Part shown: one piece after another, positions 61,562-64,000 of the stretch
Position numbering within the stretch: the first letter of the stretch is position 1
How the letters are laid out: every line of letters begins with the position of its first letter
Origin: Candidatus Bathyarchaeota archaeon
Lineage (GTDB): Archaea > Thermoproteota > Bathyarchaeia > 40CM-2-53-6 > RBG-13-38-9
DNA: 64,000 bases
Assembly: GCA_963807605.1 (NCBI GenBank)
Contig: CAWECG010000004.1
Location: 288,001-352,000, forward strand
Direction of reading: 5' to 3'
Notes under the pieces: model-generated
The model's database searches: none
What the model was told of the DNA's origin: nothing
What the model saw: the letters and a program-made list of their open reading frames with translations, nothing else
Translations under genes and position numbers: made by a program

Positions 61562-62512
61562 TTGAGAATAAAAAAGGCAGTAGTAGGCAGTTTTCCAATA
61601 CTACCTCTTGCGGCTGAGGAGGCCATCAGGAGCATTATTGATGCTCAACTTAAGATTGGAATGGACATCGTCTCCGACGGCGAACAACGTGCTGACATGA
61701 TCAACTACTTTGAACAGATCCCGGGACTTGCTCGAGGCCCTAAAGGATTGATGGTTAACTCCAAGATCATCCCACCTGAAAATCCGCCAGACTTCATCAA
61801 GGTAAGAGATTTTCTATTCGCCAAGAGCCACTTGAGGGAAAAGAGTAGAGATAACGTCACTCTCAAGACAGCTATCACCGGCCCAATCACGCTGGGCGTA
61901 ACCTGTGCAACGGCAGGTTTGAGGCACTACTCAGGGCTTAATGACACCCGGCTGTATAGTGACCTATCCGGCGCCCTCGAACAAATCATAGTGGAACTTC
62001 TCAATCTTGGTTCTTTCGTTCAGCTGGATGAACCAGGCCTCTCTGCAGGGTACATGGCACCATCGAAGGCATTACCAATCCTTGAGGACCTATTCCGCCG
62101 TCTAAGAAACGCAAGAAAGATGCCGGGAACGCTAGGCATTCATATATGCGGCAGCTTGGAAAGGGTGCCTAAACTTCTGGAAGGACTGCTTGAACTTGAA
62201 CTCGATGTTATAAGTTTGGCGTTTAGTGGAACCAGCGAAAAACAAAACATCAATCTGCTCTCTGAATCTCTTTTCGAAAAAAGCGAAAAGCGTCTCGGGA
62301 TAGGCTGCATCGCAGTTTCAACATTGCAGAAGGAACAAGTTGAGAATGCTGAAAAAGTCTATCAAAGGATTAGAATGGTCGTCGATAGAGTAGGTAAGGA
62401 GAATGTTGCATATGCTCATCCAGACTGCGGATTGAAAGGTACACCCTTCGAGGTTTCAGAGCTCATACTACGCAACTTGTCTGGAGCCGTGGATCGATAC
62501 AATTCAACCTAG
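61562..62512 (+). CDS. Single-barrel cobalamin-independent methionine synthase-like methyltransferase
   Basis: Motifs VGSFP, SDGEQR.DM, ITGPITL, QLDEP, HICG and HPDCGL. Confidence 0.82.
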   Translation: MRIKKAVVGSFPILPLAAEEAIRSIIDAQLKIGMDIVSDGEQRADMINYFEQIPGLARGPKGLMVNSKIIPPENPPDFIKVRDFLFAKSHLREKSRDNVTLKTAITGPITLGVTCATAGLRHYSGLNDTRLYSDLSGALEQIIVELLNLGSFVQLDEPGLSAGYMAPSKALPILEDLFRRLRNARKMPGTLGIHICGSLERVPKLLEGLLELELDVISLAFSGTSEKQNINLLSESLFEKSEKRLGIGCIAVSTLQKEQVENAEKVYQRIRMVVDRVGKENVAYAHPDCGLKGTPFEVSELILRNLSGAVDRYNST

Positions 62513-62537
62513 TCAGTTTGGTCTGTTTCGTCAGACT

Positions 62538-63752
62538 TCATGTGTGCACTTGGGGTTTCTCTTCTCGGGCATACGTCTTCGTAAGGTCTTCTCGCTTCCA
62601 AAGGGGTGAGATTTCTCTAAGTCGAGCGATTGCCTCATTTAAGGAATTGCAGACGTATTCGACATCCTCGCTTGTGTTGGTTCTGCCCAAGCTGACCCTA
62701 AGAGAACCGTGAGCTTGTACCTCGTTCAAACCAATTGCCATCAAGACGTGAGACGGCATGAGTTTCTTTGAGGAACATGCTGAGCCTGTTGACGCTGCGA
62801 TGCCCTTCTCATCAAGGCTAAGGAGCAGCGATTCGCCCTCGATTCCGGAGAATCTGAAATGGGCATTGTTAGGCAGCCTCCTAGTTGGATGCCCATTTAG
62901 ATAAGACTCTTCGATTTCGTCTAACACTCTTTTGATAATTCTGTCGCGTAATATGACGAGGCGATCTGAATCTTCTTTCATCCTGGACTTTGCTAGTTCT
63001 GCTGCTTTTCCCATGCCAACTATACCGGCAACGTTCTCAGTTCCGGATCTCAACCCTCTTTCGTGTCCTCCGCCGTGGATGAGAGGTTCAACTGAGACAC
63101 CTTCCCTCTTGAAGAGCACGCCTACGCCTTTTGGACCATAAATCTTGTGCGCTGAGATCGAAAGTAGGTCAGCGTCAAGTTTGTTGAGATCTATGGGTAT
63201 CTTACCGGTTGTTTGAACTGCATCGGTGTGAAAGACAATCCCATTCTTATGTGCTATTCGGACTATCTCTTCTATCGGCTCAATTGTTCCGATCTCATTG
63301 TTGGCGTGCATCATGGTTATCAGAATGGTTTCCTTAGTTATGCTCCTCTCAAGCGCTTCGAGATTGATCATCCCCGTTTTGTCGACGGGGACGTAGGTTA
63401 ATCTGAAGCCGTTGGCCTCAAGAGATTGACATGTTTCCAGGACAGCTGGGTGCTCTATGCTGCTTGTTATGATGTGTTTGCCTTTGTCTCTGTGCTTGTA
63501 GGCTATTCCCTTTATTGCGGCGTTGTCTGATTCGGTGCCCCCGCTGGTGAAAAGTATCTCTTTTGGAGAACAATTTATCAGTTCTGCCACTTGCTTTCGA
63601 GCATTCTCCATACCTTCGTATGCTTCTCGACCGAATGAGTGTATGCTGGAAGCATTTCCATATTTTTCATCGAGATACGGAGCGATAGCTTCGATGACTT
63701 CTCGGTCTACTTGTGTGGTCGCTGCATTATCGACGTATACTCTTCTCATCAT
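62538..63752 (-). CDS. iscS: Cysteine desulfurase IscS/NifS
   Basis: Motifs DNAATT, FTSGGTESDN, HTDAVQ, SAHKIYGPKG and STGSAC. Confidence 0.95.
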   Translation of the reverse strand: MMRRVYVDNAATTQVDREVIEAIAPYLDEKYGNASSIHSFGREAYEGMENARKQVAELINCSPKEILFTSGGTESDNAAIKGIAYKHRDKGKHIITSSIEHPAVLETCQSLEANGFRLTYVPVDKTGMINLEALERSITKETILITMMHANNEIGTIEPIEEIVRIAHKNGIVFHTDAVQTTGKIPIDLNKLDADLLSISAHKIYGPKGVGVLFKREGVSVEPLIHGGGHERGLRSGTENVAGIVGMGKAAELAKSRMKEDSDRLVILRDRIIKRVLDEIEESYLNGHPTRRLPNNAHFRFSGIEGESLLLSLDEKGIAASTGSACSSKKLMPSHVLMAIGLNEVQAHGSLRVSLGRTNTSEDVEYVCNSLNEAIARLREISPLWKREDLTKTYAREEKPQVHT

Positions 63753-63948
63753 GGGGTGCCTCTCTGCTGCAGTTCTAGAAGACAAATCCTAATTATAACA
63801 TCGTTATATTTGAAGATTTTCCGCCGTTGCCTGTTAAATATTTATGGAGGACCCAAAGAGTTCATAACGTCGAATCGTAATGTGACGCCGGGGTATACAG
63901 TTTATAGCGGACCTAGCGTAAATCTGGCTGAACCTTGGAGTGTAGAAA

Positions 63949-64000
63949 TTGAAGCGCATGTTGGCATCGTTATTCTTGACCCTAGGGTTGCTGATGCTCA
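63949..64000 (+). CDS. Start of a probable secreted protein (truncated by window end)
   Basis: GGAG RBS, then TTG-KRMLASLFLTLGLLML, which looks like a signal peptide. Confidence 0.4.
   Translation, partial: MKRMLASLFLTLGLLML

Overview
Archaeal chromosomal segment, most consistent with a TACK lineage such as Bathyarchaeia. That placement is inferred from the TFB, Rpo12 and aIF1 genes, an EndA with a crenarchaeal-type loop, a three-intron tRNA, and many TTG/GTG starts. Most of the window is housekeeping and metabolic: tRNA processing and modification, GlyRS, a K+-independent H+-PPase, purine salvage, the archaeal modified mevalonate pathway (AcnX large/small, UbiD, UbiX, plus an HMG-CoA synthase-DUF35 fusion), a porGDAB-type operon, an AOR operon, glycerate/gluconeogenesis genes with a bacterial-type GAPDH, and envelope/glycosylation genes. 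The ORF track misses tRNA-Gln(CTG) with three BHB introns, Rpo12, and a CTG start for ubiX. Five core genes carry small indels (six sites), probably assembly errors. The best candidates for undescribed systems are: (1) a 37.9-39.8 kb locus with AbrB-like, unknown and wHTH-like genes embedded in two families of repeated palindromes; (2) a four-gene block with a class I isoprenoid synthase-fold enzyme, a GGR-like reductase, a HAD phosphatase and a V4R sensor with a RecA/KaiC-like N-terminus; (3) an uncharacterised Fe-S/Cys-His protein pair leading the AOR operon, which also encodes a MoaD-like protein with a C-terminal extension. All calls come from reading motifs by eye; no searches were run.
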